IMG/VR virus record: IMGVR_UViG_3300044806_000291
Span: 1 to 43,680 of that record
DNA from: a virus
Lineage: Duplodnaviria > Caudoviricetes
Reading direction: 5' to 3' (one strand)
DNA length: 43,680 bases
A program made the position numbers and the translations under genes. Below the pieces are notes generated by a model. That model ran no database searches and was not told the origin of the DNA. It worked only from the letters and a program-made list of their open reading frames with translations. Shown one piece after another: positions 43,519 to 43,680 of this stretch. Position 1 is the stretch's first letter. The number at the start of each line of letters is the position of its first letter.

Positions 43519-43553
43519 CAGACGTGTAAGAAGGAAGTGAAGCGTCAGAGATG

Positions 43554-43680
43554 ACGAACGAGGGGCGGACGACATGAGCAAGATCGCGATGATGAAGCGG
43601 GAGATCGGTCAGGAGGCGTTCCGCGCTCTGGGTCTGGCCGGCGTGACTCACTCGGGTGCTGTCGTGGTTCTGGCCGATGG
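43554..43680. repeat. Terminal overlap identical to 1-127
   Basis: Exact identity. Confidence 0.95.

Noticed and set aside
1-43553. Genome-wide TAG recoding
   Set aside because: Many genes end cleanly at TAG and core genes are uninterrupted in code 11
43554-43680. Biological terminal direct repeat
   Set aside because: Exactly 127 bp and cuts through a gene, consistent with an assembler k-mer overlap of a circular contig

Overview
This window is an apparently complete, circularly assembled, high-GC actinobacteriophage genome with siphovirus-like organisation. Positions 43554-43680 exactly repeat 1-127, so the unit length is about 43,553 bp. The + strand carries RusA, a small-terminase-like HTH gene, an Rnl2-like RNA ligase, TerL, small accessory genes, portal, Clp-type prohead protease, HK97-type capsid, head-tail and tail genes (with a -1 chaperone frameshift), tape measure, minor tail, endolysin and holin-like genes. 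The - strand carries a C5 methyltransferase, a permuted papain-like protein, an SSB-like protein, a PD-(D/E)xK exonuclease split by a class 3 intein, an SF2 helicase, an 11-aa repeat protein and a LuxR-type HTH. A + strand primase-polymerase/helicase is followed by an iteron-like origin. I see no integrase, ParA/ParB or classical repressor. The most notable non-coding signals are: (i) a promoter-driven ~510-nt structured RNA region (31659-32172) with two covarying copies of a GTGACAG hairpin, a shrunken tRNA-like domain with CUA at the anticodon position, and a 3' stem ending in ACCA; (ii) a tRNA-His-like RNA with an enlarged anticodon arm; (iii) a perfect actinobacterial parS site right after the capsid gene; (iv) single-gene cassettes bracketed by duplicated promoter repeats; (v) a recurrent TGATT/AATCA element in many sigma-70-type promoters; (vi) a perfect 29-bp inverted repeat sharing a 12-mer with the leader of the downstream structural operon. 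All protein calls come from motif recognition by eye; no database search was run.
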